A stretch of DNA of 64,000 nucleotides from an uncultured Thermoanaerobaculia bacterium (GCA_964440565.1 CAYTTB010000001.1:96627-160626); one strand, 5' to 3'. Positions 27,107 through 37,118 are shown, counted from the stretch's first letter. Program-made: numbers and translations. The notes: generated from the sequence alone by a model not told the origin.

Positions 27107-29748
27107 GGCTGCGGCTCCCGGACGGCGAGGGCGCGCCGCGCGGCCTCGAGCGCCACCTCGAGCGCCTCCTCGGGCGCGATGACCCCGTCCACGAGGGCGG
27201 CGCGCGCGGCCCGCACGCCGGCGCCGATGTGGGGTCCCGGGGGCAGCCCCGACGCGATCAGCTCGGCCCCGCGCACCGGCACCCCGACTCGGGCGGACGC
27301 CGCCACGGCACGGGCCAGCCGCGGGCGCGCGTCCGCATCGAGGCGGGCCAGCGCCAGCAGCGCGGCCTCGATCCCGGCCCGCTCGACGTCCTCCACCAGC
27401 GCGCTCGCCGGTACCCCCTCGTGGGCCCGCGCGGCGAGCGCCTCCACCCGTGCGGGGAGCCTCCGGGCGGCCTCGGCGCGGCGACCCGCGAGCCCGAGCC
27501 GCTCCACCAGGCGTGGCGCGGCCTCGGCGCCGGCGGCCGCCACCAGCGCCAGGAGGAAGAGCCGCTCCTGGGGCGGCGGGGACCCGAGCTCCTCGAGCCG
27601 GTACCACTCGGCCATGCGCTCGACGTCCAGCAGGAAGGCCTCGAGCCCCTCCACGCGCTCGAGGGCCGGGTCGAGCTCCCCGAGGAGGCCGAGCTCCCCG
27701 AGCGCCGCCACGGCACCGGCCGGGTTGGGCTCCTCGAGGAGCAGCTCCAGCTCCCGCCGGAGGCGCTGGCCGGAGAGCCTCCGGAACACACCCTCCTCGA
27801 GGGCGGTGGCGATCAGGCGGCGGGTGTCGGCGGCGATCCGGAACCCGAGGCGGCGCGCGTAGCGCACCGCACGGATCGCGCGGGTGGGGTCGTCGATGAA
27901 GGAGAGCGAGTGCAGCACCCGGATCTCGCCACGCTCGAGGTCACGCCGGCCACCGAAGAAGTCGAGCAGCTGTCCGTAGCGCGGGCCGGAGAGCGCCACC
28001 GCGAGGGCGTTGATGGTGAAGTCGCGCCGGTAGAGGTCCTGACGGATCAGGGAGGTCTCCACCTCGGGCAGGGCGGCCGGGGTACGGTAGAACTCGGTGC
28101 GGGCCGAGGCCACGTCCACGCGGTGGCCGTCGCGAAGCGTCACCACCGCGGTGAGGAACGGGGGGTGGGGGTGGACCCGTCCCCCGAGGCGCGCGGCGAG
28201 CGCCCCGGCGAAGGCGATGCCGTCGCCCTCCACCACCAGGTCCACGTCCTCGTTGGGACGGCCCAGGAGGAGGTCCCGCACCACCCCGCCCACCAGGTAG
28301 ACGGGGACGCCGAGGCGGTCGGCGGTCTCGCGAACCGCGGGGAGCAGCTCGCGCACCCACGGCGGCGGCACCTCGCGCAGGCGGCGGGTGACCGGCTGGG
28401 TCACCGGACGGGCACCGGCCATCCGGTTGTCGAGCGTGCTGCCCGCCTCCCGCTGGCGCCCGAACAGCTCCCGGAACAGCTCCATGCGGGTGATGAGGCC
28501 CACGGGGCGTTCCTCCTCGGTCACCACCACGAAGCGGTGCGAGCCCTCGAGGAACCGGTCGCGCACCACCTCCACGGGGGCGTCGGCGGGGACGGTGGGC
28601 ACGCCGGGCTGCATCGCGGTGCGGACCGGGCGGTCCCCCAGGCCGTGACCCAGCGCGCGGTCGAGGATCTGGCGGGTGACGGTGCCCACGAGCCGCCCGG
28701 TGGCGGGGTCGCGCACGGGGAGGGCGTTGACCCGGAGCCTGTCGATCCGCTCCTTCGCCTCCGCCACCGTGGCGTCCACGTCCACGGTGAAGATCCGTGG
28801 TCCGGCGAGATCGCGCGCCCGCACCGCCGGGGGCATCGCCTCCGCGAGCAGGTCGAGTACCCGCTGCCGCACCTCCACCGGCACCGCGTCGGACATGCGG
28901 GCCGAGGCCGCGGTGGCGTGGCCGCCGCCTCCCAGCCGCCGCGCGACCCTCCCCACGTCGAGGCCAGGCAGGCGCGAACGCAGGATGACGTTGACGTGGG
29001 GGGGGCGCACGAAGAGCGCCACCCCCACCGGGATCTCGAAGGTCTCCACCCAGCGATGGACGACGTAGGCCGCCTCCTCGTGGTAGCGCTCGGTCTCCAC
29101 CACCGCCACCGCCACCCGTGTCCCGCCGACCGTCACCTCGTCGCTGCCCTCCACGAGCCGGGAGAGGAGCTCGAACTGGTGCGGCTCGAGCACCTTCGAC
29201 ACGAACCGTCGGACCCAGTCGAGCGAGCCCCCGTGCTCCAGCAGCCAGGCGGCGGCGGCGAGGTCGTCCGGGGTGGTGCCGGTGGAGGTGAGGCCGCCGG
29301 TGTCCTCGTAGATCCCGAGCAGGAGGAGCGAGGCCTCCTCGGGCGTGGGCACCCGCCCCGTCTCCCGCAGGAGCTCCACCACCACCGTGCAGGTGGCCCC
29401 CACCGGCCGCACCACGGACCGCCCGGCGGCGATGCCGTCGCCCTCGTCCGGATGGTGGTCGAGGAGCAGCCGCACGGGGCACCGGTCGCGGCGGATCAGC
29501 TCCCACACCTCGCCCAGCCGCTCGGGGCTCGAGGTGTCCACCACGATCGCCTCCTCGAGGCGGGCGCGGCGCGCGTCCCGGAGGCGCACCTCGGGCACCT
29601 CGAGCTCCACCGCCCCCACGAACCGGCGCACCCCGGCCTCGAGCGAGCCGGGGAAGAGGACGTGGAAGCCGGGCTCCAGGCGCGCCATCACCACCGCCGC
29701 CGCGAAGGCGTCGAAGTCGGCGGTGAGATGGGTGGTGACGACCCGCAC
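27103..29748 (-). CDS. tRNA nucleotidyltransferase with DHH/DHHA1 and CBS domains
   Basis: HLTADFDA, VDT, DHHP, GGGHATAASA, CBS pair, YLVGGVVRDLLL..D.DL, RRDFTINA, SFIDDPTRAIRA. Confidence 0.92.
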   Translation of the reverse strand: MRVVTTHLTADFDAFAAAVVMARLEPGFHVLFPGSLEAGVRRFVGAVELEVPEVRLRDARRARLEEAIVVDTSSPERLGEVWELIRRDRCPVRLLLDHHPDEGDGIAAGRSVVRPVGATCTVVVELLRETGRVPTPEEASLLLLGIYEDTGGLTSTGTTPDDLAAAAWLLEHGGSLDWVRRFVSKVLEPHQFELLSRLVEGSDEVTVGGTRVAVAVVETERYHEEAAYVVHRWVETFEIPVGVALFVRPPHVNVILRSRLPGLDVGRVARRLGGGGHATAASARMSDAVPVEVRQRVLDLLAEAMPPAVRARDLAGPRIFTVDVDATVAEAKERIDRLRVNALPVRDPATGRLVGTVTRQILDRALGHGLGDRPVRTAMQPGVPTVPADAPVEVVRDRFLEGSHRFVVVTEEERPVGLITRMELFRELFGRQREAGSTLDNRMAGARPVTQPVTRRLREVPPPWVRELLPAVRETADRLGVPVYLVGGVVRDLLLGRPNEDVDLVVEGDGIAFAGALAARLGGRVHPHPPFLTAVVTLRDGHRVDVASARTEFYRTPAALPEVETSLIRQDLYRRDFTINALAVALSGPRYGQLLDFFGGRRDLERGEIRVLHSLSFIDDPTRAIRAVRYARRLGFRIAADTRRLIATALEEGVFRRLSGQRLRRELELLLEEPNPAGAVAALGELGLLGELDPALERVEGLEAFLLDVERMAEWYRLEELGSPPPQERLFLLALVAAAGAEAAPRLVERLGLAGRRAEAARRLPARVEALAARAHEGVPASALVEDVERAGIEAALLALARLDADARPRLARAVAASARVGVPVRGAELIASGLPPGPHIGAGVRAARAALVDGVIAPEEALEVALEAARRALAVREPQP

Positions 29749-29840
29749 CCGGCCATTGTAGGCGCGGCGGCGCGTCCCCCGGCCGCCGTCCGTGACGCCG
29801 TGGACCGCCGGGCCGTCCCACGACCGGCGACGGGAGCGGA

Positions 29841-29872
29841 GAAACGGGGCCCCGCCGTGCGGCGGGGCCCCG
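29841..29872 (-). terminator. Intrinsic terminator after the M4 protease
   Basis: CGGGGCCCCGCCG-TG-CGGCGGGGCCCCG inverted repeat (29845-29872) followed by TTTC on the minus strand. Confidence 0.75.
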
Positions 29873-29894
29873 GTGGCTCACGTCTCGAGCCGGC

Positions 29895-32474
29895 TCACCA
29901 GCTCACGTCGAGGGTGTACGGCGTGGTGGAGGAGTAGCCGGAGTACGGGTAGCACTTGATGTAGACGTACATGGCGTAGGAGCCGGTGTTGGTGTAGGTG
30001 ACGTGCTCGGGCTGGCCGGTGCCGTTGTAGCCGTAGGCGAGGCGGTTGCCGGCGCTGTCGTACAGCTTGATGTCGTAGTCCTTGCCCGAGGGCACCGTCA
30101 TGTCCACGGTGATGGTGGCGCCGGCGGGCAGGGTGACGCGGAAGTAGTCCACGTCGGAGCTGGAGCCGATGTACGCGGTCACGTGCATCGGCGAGCTGGA
30201 GATCACGTCCGCGTACGAGGTGGAGTCGTTGTACTCGCTCTCGGTCATGGTGCCGCCGCCCCCGCCGGCGGTGTAGGTGGCCTTGAGGCTCACGCCCGAG
30301 TAGGACGAGTAGCCGTGGAGCATGATGTACCAGTCGCCGGCGGCGGGGTTGGAGACGGTGACGGTCTCGTTGTTGCCGGTGAGGTACGGCCGGTAGTCGT
30401 AGGAGCTGGTGGTGGGCTGACTGCCGTACTTGACGTACAGGTCGGCGTCACCGGAGCCGCCCCAGATCTTGATCTCGAGGCTCGACTGCCCCGAGGGCAC
30501 GCTGATCTTGTAGAACGTCTCGGAGCCCTGCGCGCCGGAGAGGTTGGACACCGTCTGCCCGTTGGAGAGCACGGTCACGCCGCCCCCGCCGCCGCCTCCG
30601 CCGCCGGTGTAGGTGGCGCTGAGGCTCACGCCGGAGTAGCTGGAGTAACCGTTGATGCCGATGTACCAGTCGCCGGCGGTGGGGTTGGTGACGTTGACGG
30701 TCTCGTTGTTGCCGGTGAGGTACGGCCGGTAGTCGTAGGAGCTGGTGGTGGGCTGACTGCCGTACTTGACGTACAGGTCGGCGTCACCGGAGCCGCCCCA
30801 GATCTTGATCTCGAGGCCGGTCTGGCCGGCCGGGACCGTGATCTTGTAGTACTGCCAGCTGCCGCTGGCGCCGGAGAGGTTGGACACCGTCTGCCCGTTG
30901 GAGAGCGGCGTCACGCTGACCGGCCCGCCGGGCACGCCCACCGCGCTCCAGGCGTCGTGCACCGAGCTCACCTCGGCCGAGGTGTACAGGTCCTGCGCCG
31001 CCTGCGCGGTGGCGTTGCGCGCCCCCTCGAAGTTGGTCGAGGAGGTCATGTACACGCTGAGGGCCCGGTAGAAGATCCGCTCCGCCTTGGCGAGGCCGAT
31101 CCCCGTCACGTTGACGCTGGTCTTGCCGCGCGGATGGGTGCCGCCGTTGACCAGCAGGTAATAGGCGAGGTTGGCGATCCCCGAGTTCAGGTGGACGCCG
31201 CCGTTGTCGGCGGTGCCGGTGTACCGCTCCGGGTAGTAGTCGTACGACTGGCCGTCGGCGGTGGGGTTGTCCATGTAGCGCAGCGCGTCGCCCGGCGTGC
31301 CGGGGGTGTAGCAGTCCTCGCCGATCTTCCACGTGTCGGCGGAGATGCCGTACACGTACGCCTCGGTGGAGGCGCCGAAGATGTCGGACATCGCCTCGTT
31401 GAGCGCACCGGACTCGTTGGAGTAGGTGAGGTTGGCGGTGTACTCGGTCACCGCGTGGGTCAGCTCGTGTGCCACCACGTCGAGGGCACCGGCGAAGTTG
31501 CTGAAGGTGGTCCCGTCGCCGTCGCCGAACACCATCTGGCTGCCGTTCCAGAAGGCGTTGTTGTAGTTCTGCGAGTAGTGGACGGTGGCGACGAGGGTGG
31601 CGCCTCCGTTGTCGTAGCTGTCACGGTTGAACGTGTTCTTGTAGAAGTCGTACGTGTACCCCAGGTTGTTGTAGGCCGCCATGGCCGTGCTGTCCGAGGA
31701 GGAGCCGCCCTCGGTGAAGAGCAGCGTCCCCGGCAGCGAGGTGCCGTAGTTGGCGGTGTAGATCTTGCGGTACTTGGCGGCCCAGATCAGGCCCTGCCGG
31801 TCGAGCACCGTGCCGTCGGTGGCGTCCACGTACACGCGCTCGAGGTAGGTGCCCTCGGCGTCGGACCACTGCACCTCGGCGCGCCAGGCCAGCGACACGC
31901 CCTCTCCCGCCCGGGTGTAGTAGACGAGGTCGGGCCCCTCGGTGACCTCGAGCGAGGTGGCCTCCATCGCCCGCCGGAACGCCGCCAGCGCCTCGGGGCC
32001 GGTGATCTCGGGCACGGGCGGCTGCTCGATGCGGCCGCCCAGGTGGCCGTTGATGACCCGCACCGCACCGTCGGCCCCGACGTGGAGGATCACCTCGGCG
32101 CCGTCCACCGGCAGCCCTGCGTGGGTCTGCCGCAGGCGGATGTGGGTGAGGCCGAGCTCGTCTCGCACCACCCGCACCGGCTCGAACCCGTCCTCCTGGC
32201 CGAGACGGAACGCGGGGGCGACGCGGCTCATGTAGACCCGCGCGGCCGTCACGCGCTCGCCACGGGGCAGCACGCCGAGGTCGCCCTCGATCCAGCTCGG
32301 CTGGTTCGTGGCGGCCTCGATGGACGCCCGCTCCACCCGCGGGAACACCCCGAGGTCCGGTCCCGCCGGGCCCTTCTGGCCGGGAAGCCGCCGGCCGTCC
32401 ACCGGGCGCATGGCGAGCGCGGGCATCGCGAGCGCCAGACACACCAACCCCGTCAACACCTTCCTGACTGCCAT
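29895..32474 (-). CDS. Secreted M4 (thermolysin-like) metalloprotease with propeptide and three C-terminal PPC domains
   Basis: Signal peptide, FTP/PepSY-like propeptide, NNAFWNG, HELTH, GALNEAMSD, GGVHLNSGI, repeated GDADLYV PPC units. Confidence 0.95.
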   Translation of the reverse strand: MAVRKVLTGLVCLALAMPALAMRPVDGRRLPGQKGPAGPDLGVFPRVERASIEAATNQPSWIEGDLGVLPRGERVTAARVYMSRVAPAFRLGQEDGFEPVRVVRDELGLTHIRLRQTHAGLPVDGAEVILHVGADGAVRVINGHLGGRIEQPPVPEITGPEALAAFRRAMEATSLEVTEGPDLVYYTRAGEGVSLAWRAEVQWSDAEGTYLERVYVDATDGTVLDRQGLIWAAKYRKIYTANYGTSLPGTLLFTEGGSSSDSTAMAAYNNLGYTYDFYKNTFNRDSYDNGGATLVATVHYSQNYNNAFWNGSQMVFGDGDGTTFSNFAGALDVVAHELTHAVTEYTANLTYSNESGALNEAMSDIFGASTEAYVYGISADTWKIGEDCYTPGTPGDALRYMDNPTADGQSYDYYPERYTGTADNGGVHLNSGIANLAYYLLVNGGTHPRGKTSVNVTGIGLAKAERIFYRALSVYMTSSTNFEGARNATAQAAQDLYTSAEVSSVHDAWSAVGVPGGPVSVTPLSNGQTVSNLSGASGSWQYYKITVPAGQTGLEIKIWGGSGDADLYVKYGSQPTTSSYDYRPYLTGNNETVNVTNPTAGDWYIGINGYSSYSGVSLSATYTGGGGGGGGGVTVLSNGQTVSNLSGAQGSETFYKISVPSGQSSLEIKIWGGSGDADLYVKYGSQPTTSSYDYRPYLTGNNETVTVSNPAAGDWYIMLHGYSSYSGVSLKATYTAGGGGGTMTESEYNDSTSYADVISSSPMHVTAYIGSSSDVDYFRVTLPAGATITVDMTVPSGKDYDIKLYDSAGNRLAYGYNGTGQPEHVTYTNTGSYAMYVYIKCYPYSGYSSTTPYTLDVSW
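30360..30817. repeat. Direct repeat encoding duplicated PPC domains
   Basis: 30360-30481 and 30696-30817 are identical by visual alignment (offset 336). Confidence 0.85.
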
Positions 32475-32529
32475 CGGAAAACCTCCCTCCAAGAATCTCA
32501 CGTCGGGTCCCGCCCGAAAATTTGAACCG

Positions 32530-32558
32530 ACGCTAGGAATCCAACCCGGCCGTGTCAA
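32530..32558 (-). promoter_or_regulatory. Sigma70-type promoter of the M4 protease
   Basis: TTGACA (32558-32553), 17 nt, TAGCGT (32535-32530). Confidence 0.7.
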
Positions 32559-32583
32559 GGGGTGCCGGAAAAGTTTTACGAGA

Positions 32584-32612
32584 ACGTGACAGTCTGCGGG
32601 AGACTGTCACGT
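32584..32612. other. Perfect 12-5-12 inverted repeat (terminator or operator)
   Basis: ACGTGACAGTCT-GCGGG-AGACTGTCACGT between the gcvPB stop and the protease promoter. Confidence 0.6.
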
Positions 32613-32635
32613 GGGGCTCACCGCGGCGGCCGCGA

Positions 32636-34120
32636 TCAGGTCTCGTCCGCGGCCGCGCGCCAGCTGGGCACCGGCCGCCGCGCGGCCCGCACCTCGTCCA
32701 CCCGCCGCACCGGGGTGTGGTGCGGCGCCCGGCGGAGGAGCTCCGGATCCTCCTCGGCCTCGCGCGCGATGGCCAGCATCGCGTCGCAGAACGCCTCCAC
32801 CTCCTCGGGCGAGGCGCTCTCTCCGGGCTCGATCATCAGGGCGCCGTGGACGATGAGCGGGAACGACATGGTGGGGGGATGGAAGCCGTAGTCGAGGAGC
32901 CGCTTGGCGATGTCGGTGTTGGTCACCCCGTGCCGCCGCTGGCGGGAGTCGTCGAACACCACCTCGTGGAGGCACGGCCGGTCGTACGGGAGATGGTACG
33001 CCTCGCGCAGGCGGTGCCGCACGAGATTGGCGTTGAGTACCGCGCCCTCGCACATCTCGCGCAACCCGTCGGCGCCCATGGCGCGGATGAAGGCGAGCGC
33101 CCGCACCAGCACCAGGAAGTTGCCGTGGAACGCCCGCATCGGCCCGATGGAGGCCGGGTCCTCCCGGACGATCCGGAACCGGTCACCGTCCCGTTCGACG
33201 CGCGGCACCGGCAGGTGGGGAGCCAGCGCCTCGGACACCGCCACCGGGCCCGCGCCGGGCCCGCCCCCGCCGTGCGGGGTCCCGAACGTCTTGTGGAGGT
33301 TGATGTGGAGCGCGTCGGCGCCCATCCTGCCCGGCAGCGCACGGCCCACGAACGCGTTGAGGTTGGCGCCGTCGAGGTACAGGAAGCCGCCCCGGGCGTG
33401 GACGAGCTCCGCGATCTCGGTGATCCGGTGCTCGAACACCCCCAGCGTGTTGGGCACCGTGAGCATGAGACCGGCGACGGTGTCCTCCATGAGCCGGTCG
33501 AGCTCGCCGAGGTCCACCGTCCCGTCCTCCGCGGAGCGGATCTCCACCGCCCTGAAGCCGGCGAACGCCGCGGAGGCCGGGTTGGTCCCGTGCGCGGAGT
33601 CGGGGATCAGCACGCTTTCCCGCCGCTCCCCGCGCGCCTCCAGCGCCTTCCGGATCATGAGCATCCCCGCGAGCTCGCCGTGCGCGCCCGCCGCCGGCTG
33701 CAGCGTGACCGCCGCCATGCCGGTGATCGCCTTGAGCGCCTCCTCGAGCTCCCACAGGAGCCGCAGCGCTCCCTGGACCTGCTCCTCCGGCTGGAGCGGA
33801 TGGAGGTCGGCCAGGCCCTCGAGCCGCGCCACCCGCTCGGCGATGCGGGGGTTGTACTTCATGGTGCACGAGCCGAGCGGGTAGAGCCCCTCGTCCACCG
33901 CGAAGTTCATCTGGCTCAGGCGGTGGAAGTGCTGGATCACGTCCAGCTCCCCGAGGTCGGGCAGCAGCTCGAGACGGCCCCGCACCTGCTCGGGCGGGAG
34001 CGTCGCGGCCGGGTCCACCTCGGGGACGGGAAGCGGCGGCAGCCGGTACGTGCCCCGCGGCGCCCGCTGAGGGTTGCGCTCGAAGATCGTGGGCTCCTCG
34101 CGCAGCGGCCGGCGCCTCAT
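32636..34120 (-). CDS. gcvPB: Glycine dehydrogenase subunit 2
   Basis: YPLGSCTMKYNP, QPAAGAHGE, SAHGTNPAS, YLDGANLNA, HINLHKTFGTPHGGGGPG. Confidence 0.96.
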   Translation of the reverse strand: MRRRPLREEPTIFERNPQRAPRGTYRLPPLPVPEVDPAATLPPEQVRGRLELLPDLGELDVIQHFHRLSQMNFAVDEGLYPLGSCTMKYNPRIAERVARLEGLADLHPLQPEEQVQGALRLLWELEEALKAITGMAAVTLQPAAGAHGELAGMLMIRKALEARGERRESVLIPDSAHGTNPASAAFAGFRAVEIRSAEDGTVDLGELDRLMEDTVAGLMLTVPNTLGVFEHRITEIAELVHARGGFLYLDGANLNAFVGRALPGRMGADALHINLHKTFGTPHGGGGPGAGPVAVSEALAPHLPVPRVERDGDRFRIVREDPASIGPMRAFHGNFLVLVRALAFIRAMGADGLREMCEGAVLNANLVRHRLREAYHLPYDRPCLHEVVFDDSRQRRHGVTNTDIAKRLLDYGFHPPTMSFPLIVHGALMIEPGESASPEEVEAFCDAMLAIAREAEEDPELLRRAPHHTPVRRVDEVRAARRPVPSWRAAADET

Positions 34121-35478
34121 CGCCCCACCTCCCGGAGCGCCGCCTCCCACGCGTCGAGGTCGGCGGCGCGGTTGAGCTCCGTGGCGGCCACCAGCAGCCC
34201 GTCGGGCCAGGGGCCGCCCCACAGGCGCGAGGGCACGCCGGCGAGGACCCCGCGCTCGGCGAGCTGGCGCGCCAGCTCCTCGCCCGGCGCCGGGCCCAGG
34301 AGCAGGAACTCGTTGAACGTGGGCGATCCCGGGTAGGCCAGCCGCCACGGCGGCCCGAGCCCGGCCACCCGGCGCTTGAGCTCCTCCGCCACCGACAGGC
34401 TCGCCACCGCCATCCGGCGCAGCCCCGTGGCCCCGAGCAGCTCCAGGAAGACGGTGGCCGCGAGGGCCATGAGGCCGTGGTTGGTGCAGATGTTGGACGT
34501 GGCCCGGGCGCGGCGGATGTGCTGCTCCCGGGTGGAGAGGGTGAGGCAGTAGGCGCGGCGCCCCTCCGCGTCCACCGTCTGGCCCACCAGCCGCCCCGGC
34601 ATCTGGCGGACGTGCTCCTCCCGGCAGGCGAGGAAGCCGAGGTGGGGCCCCCCGAAGGCGGGAGGCAGCCCCCACGACTGCCCCTCGCCGCAGACGATGT
34701 CGAACCCGAAGCGGCCCCCACCCTCGAGCACCCCGAGCGAGGCCGCCTCGGCCACGACCTGGATCGCGAGTGCCCCCGCGCCGTGGGCGGCCTCCGCCAC
34801 CGCGGGGAGGTCCTCCACGACGCCGAGGAAGTTGGGCGACTGCACGGCCAGAGCCGCCACATCGTCGTTCAGCGCCTCGCCCAGGGCGCCGGCGTCCATC
34901 CGCCCGTCGGGCCCGGGCGGCACGGTCCGCACCTCGATCCCGAGCGCCCCGGCGTAGGTGGCGAGGACCCGCCGGTAGAGCGGGTGGACCGTCTCGGCCA
35001 CCACCACCGCGTGCCGCCTCCCGCGCAGCACGCGGTGGGCCATCAGCACCGCCTCGACGAGCGCGGTGGCCCCGTCGTACAGCGAGGCGTTGGCGACCTC
35101 GAGGCCGGCGAGCTCGGCCACCAGGGTCTGGAACTCGAAGATCGCCTGGAGCGTGCCCTGGGAGATCTCGGGCTGGTACGGGGTGTAGCTGGTGAAGAAC
35201 TCGGCGCGCGAGAGCACCGCGTCCACCGCCGCGGGCTGCACGTGCCGGTACACCCCGGCGCCCAGGAAGCACGGCTGCGAGCCGGCGGCCCGGTTCAGAG
35301 CCGCGAGCGCCCGGAACCGCTCCGTCACCGTCCGCTCGTCCTCCCCGTCGGGCAGGTCGAGGCGTTCGGTACGCACCGCCTCGGGGACGGTCGCGAACAG
35401 CTCCTCGATCGAGGCGAGGCCGAGCTCCGCGAGGATCCGGCGCCGGTCCTCGTCGCCGGCGCCGAGCCACGGGTGCAT
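34117..35478 (-). CDS. gcvPA: Glycine dehydrogenase subunit 1
   Basis: FLGAGVY.H, EFFTSYTPYQPEISQG.LQAIFEFQT, NASLYDGATA, REQHIRRARATSNICTN. Confidence 0.96.
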   Translation of the reverse strand: MHPWLGAGDEDRRRILAELGLASIEELFATVPEAVRTERLDLPDGEDERTVTERFRALAALNRAAGSQPCFLGAGVYRHVQPAAVDAVLSRAEFFTSYTPYQPEISQGTLQAIFEFQTLVAELAGLEVANASLYDGATALVEAVLMAHRVLRGRRHAVVVAETVHPLYRRVLATYAGALGIEVRTVPPGPDGRMDAGALGEALNDDVAALAVQSPNFLGVVEDLPAVAEAAHGAGALAIQVVAEAASLGVLEGGGRFGFDIVCGEGQSWGLPPAFGGPHLGFLACREEHVRQMPGRLVGQTVDAEGRRAYCLTLSTREQHIRRARATSNICTNHGLMALAATVFLELLGATGLRRMAVASLSVAEELKRRVAGLGPPWRLAYPGSPTFNEFLLLGPAPGEELARQLAERGVLAGVPSRLWGGPWPDGLLVAATELNRAADLDAWEAALREVGR

Positions 35479-35864
35479 CAGGAGCTCTCCTCGGCGAGGA
35501 ACGCGGCGTACGCCTCGGCGTCCATGAGGTCCCCGCCGTCCCCGGAGGGGCGCAGCCGCACCAGCCAGCCGTCGCCGTACGGGTCCTCGTTGACCAGGCC
35601 GGGCTCCTCGGCGAGCGCCTCGTTCACCGCCGCCACCTCGCCGGCCACCGGGGCGAAGAACTCGGCCACCGCCTTCACCGACTCCAGGGTGCCGAGCTCC
35701 TCGCCCGCGTCCACGGTGCGGCCGACCTCGGGCAGCTCGACGTAGACCACCTCGCCGAGCTGCTCCTGGGCGTGGTGGGTGATCCCCACCGTCACCGTCC
35801 CGTCGTCCTCCTGCCGGGCCCACTCGTGGGTCCGGGTGTACCTGAGCTCCGCTGGAACCGACAT
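35478..35864 (-). CDS. gcvH: Glycine cleavage system H protein
   Basis: YTRTHEW, VGITHHAQEQLGEVVYVELP, ESVKAV (lipoyl Lys), NEDPYGDGWL. Confidence 0.96.
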   Translation of the reverse strand: MSVPAELRYTRTHEWARQEDDGTVTVGITHHAQEQLGEVVYVELPEVGRTVDAGEELGTLESVKAVAEFFAPVAGEVAAVNEALAEEPGLVNEDPYGDGWLVRLRPSGDGGDLMDAEAYAAFLAEESS

Positions 35865-35916
35865 CCGATCCTCCTTGCCTCCCTCGGCGGTCCCGGCGGC
35901 CGCCGTCCTGCCCATT

Positions 35917-37035
35917 CTACGTTCGCCGCCGCGAGTAGAACGGCAGCTTCACCACCCGGGCCCGCGCCCGGCGGCCACGGATCTCCACCCACAGCTCGGT
36001 GCCCGGCGACGCGGCCTCCACCGGGACGTACGCCATCCCGATGGCCCGGCCCAGGGTGGGCGAGTGGGTGCCGGAGGTGACCTCTCCCACCGGCTCCCCC
36101 TCGGCGGTGAGGGCCACCGGGTACCCGTGGCGCGCGATCCCCCGGTCCACCATCTCGAACCCCACCAGGCGCCGGGAGACCCCCTCCTCCGCCTGCCGCT
36201 CCAGCACGTCGCGGCCGATGAAGTCGCCCTTGTCGAGCTTGACGATCCACTCGAGGCCCGCCTCGAGCGGCGTGGTGGTGGCGTCGATGTCGTTGCCGTA
36301 AAGCGGCATCCCCGCCTCGAGGCGGAGCGTGTCGCGGGCCCCGAGCCCGGCGGGCTCGAGCCCGTGGGGACGGCCCGCCTCGAGCAGCGCGCGCCACACC
36401 TCGGGCGCGGCCTCGGGCGCCACGTAGATCTCGAACCCGTCCTCGCCCGTGTAGCCGGTGCGGGCGACGATGGCGGGATGCCCCGCCACCCGCCCGCGCG
36501 CGAACCGGTAGTAGCGGAGCCCCTCGAGCTCGAGGTCGGTGAGCGGGTCGAGGATCCCGGCGGCCAGCGGCCCCTGCAGCGCCACCTGCGCCCACCGCCC
36601 GGACTCGTCCACCACCTCGACCCCGTCGTGGTCCGCCGCGAGCTCGGCGAGGTAGGCCAGGTCCTTCGCGGTGTTGGCGGCGTTGACCACCAGCAGGTAC
36701 TCCTGCTCGCCCGTCCTGTGGACCAGCATGTCGTCCACGAAGGTCCCCTCGGGGTACATCAGGCCCGTGTACCGGGCGCGGCCCACCGTCATCCGCGAGT
36801 GGTCGTTGCACGAGACGAGCTGGAGGAACTCGAGCGCCCGGGGGCCGCGAAGGACGATCTCCCCCATGTGGGAGACGTCGAACAGCCCGGCCCGCTCCCG
36901 CACCGCCCGGTGCTCCTGGATCACCGACCGGTACTGCACCGGCATCTCGAACCCGGCGAAGGGGACCATGCGGGCACCGAGTCGGAGATGCTCGCCGTGA
37001 AGCGGTGTCCGCCGGAGCGCGGTCGTCTCACCCAT
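35917..37035 (-). CDS. gcvT: Aminomethyltransferase (glycine cleavage T protein)
   Basis: LRRTPLH, FAGFEMPVQY, GLFDVSHMGE, RTGYTGEDGFE, GLGARDTLRLEAG. Confidence 0.97.
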   Translation of the reverse strand: MGETTALRRTPLHGEHLRLGARMVPFAGFEMPVQYRSVIQEHRAVRERAGLFDVSHMGEIVLRGPRALEFLQLVSCNDHSRMTVGRARYTGLMYPEGTFVDDMLVHRTGEQEYLLVVNAANTAKDLAYLAELAADHDGVEVVDESGRWAQVALQGPLAAGILDPLTDLELEGLRYYRFARGRVAGHPAIVARTGYTGEDGFEIYVAPEAAPEVWRALLEAGRPHGLEPAGLGARDTLRLEAGMPLYGNDIDATTTPLEAGLEWIVKLDKGDFIGRDVLERQAEEGVSRRLVGFEMVDRGIARHGYPVALTAEGEPVGEVTSGTHSPTLGRAIGMAYVPVEAASPGTELWVEIRGRRARARVVKLPFYSRRRT

Positions 37036-37118
37036 GGTTCCTCCCGGGCGCCGGCCGGCGCCGGGGCAAGCCTAGCACCCGCGGCCCGCCGCGGCCAGCC
37101 CGCCGGCGACGGCCTCGG

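Noticed and set aside
30360-30817. Direct repeats as CRISPR or IS ends
   Set aside because: Two in-frame copies within a protease gene, with no spacers, cas genes or transposase.
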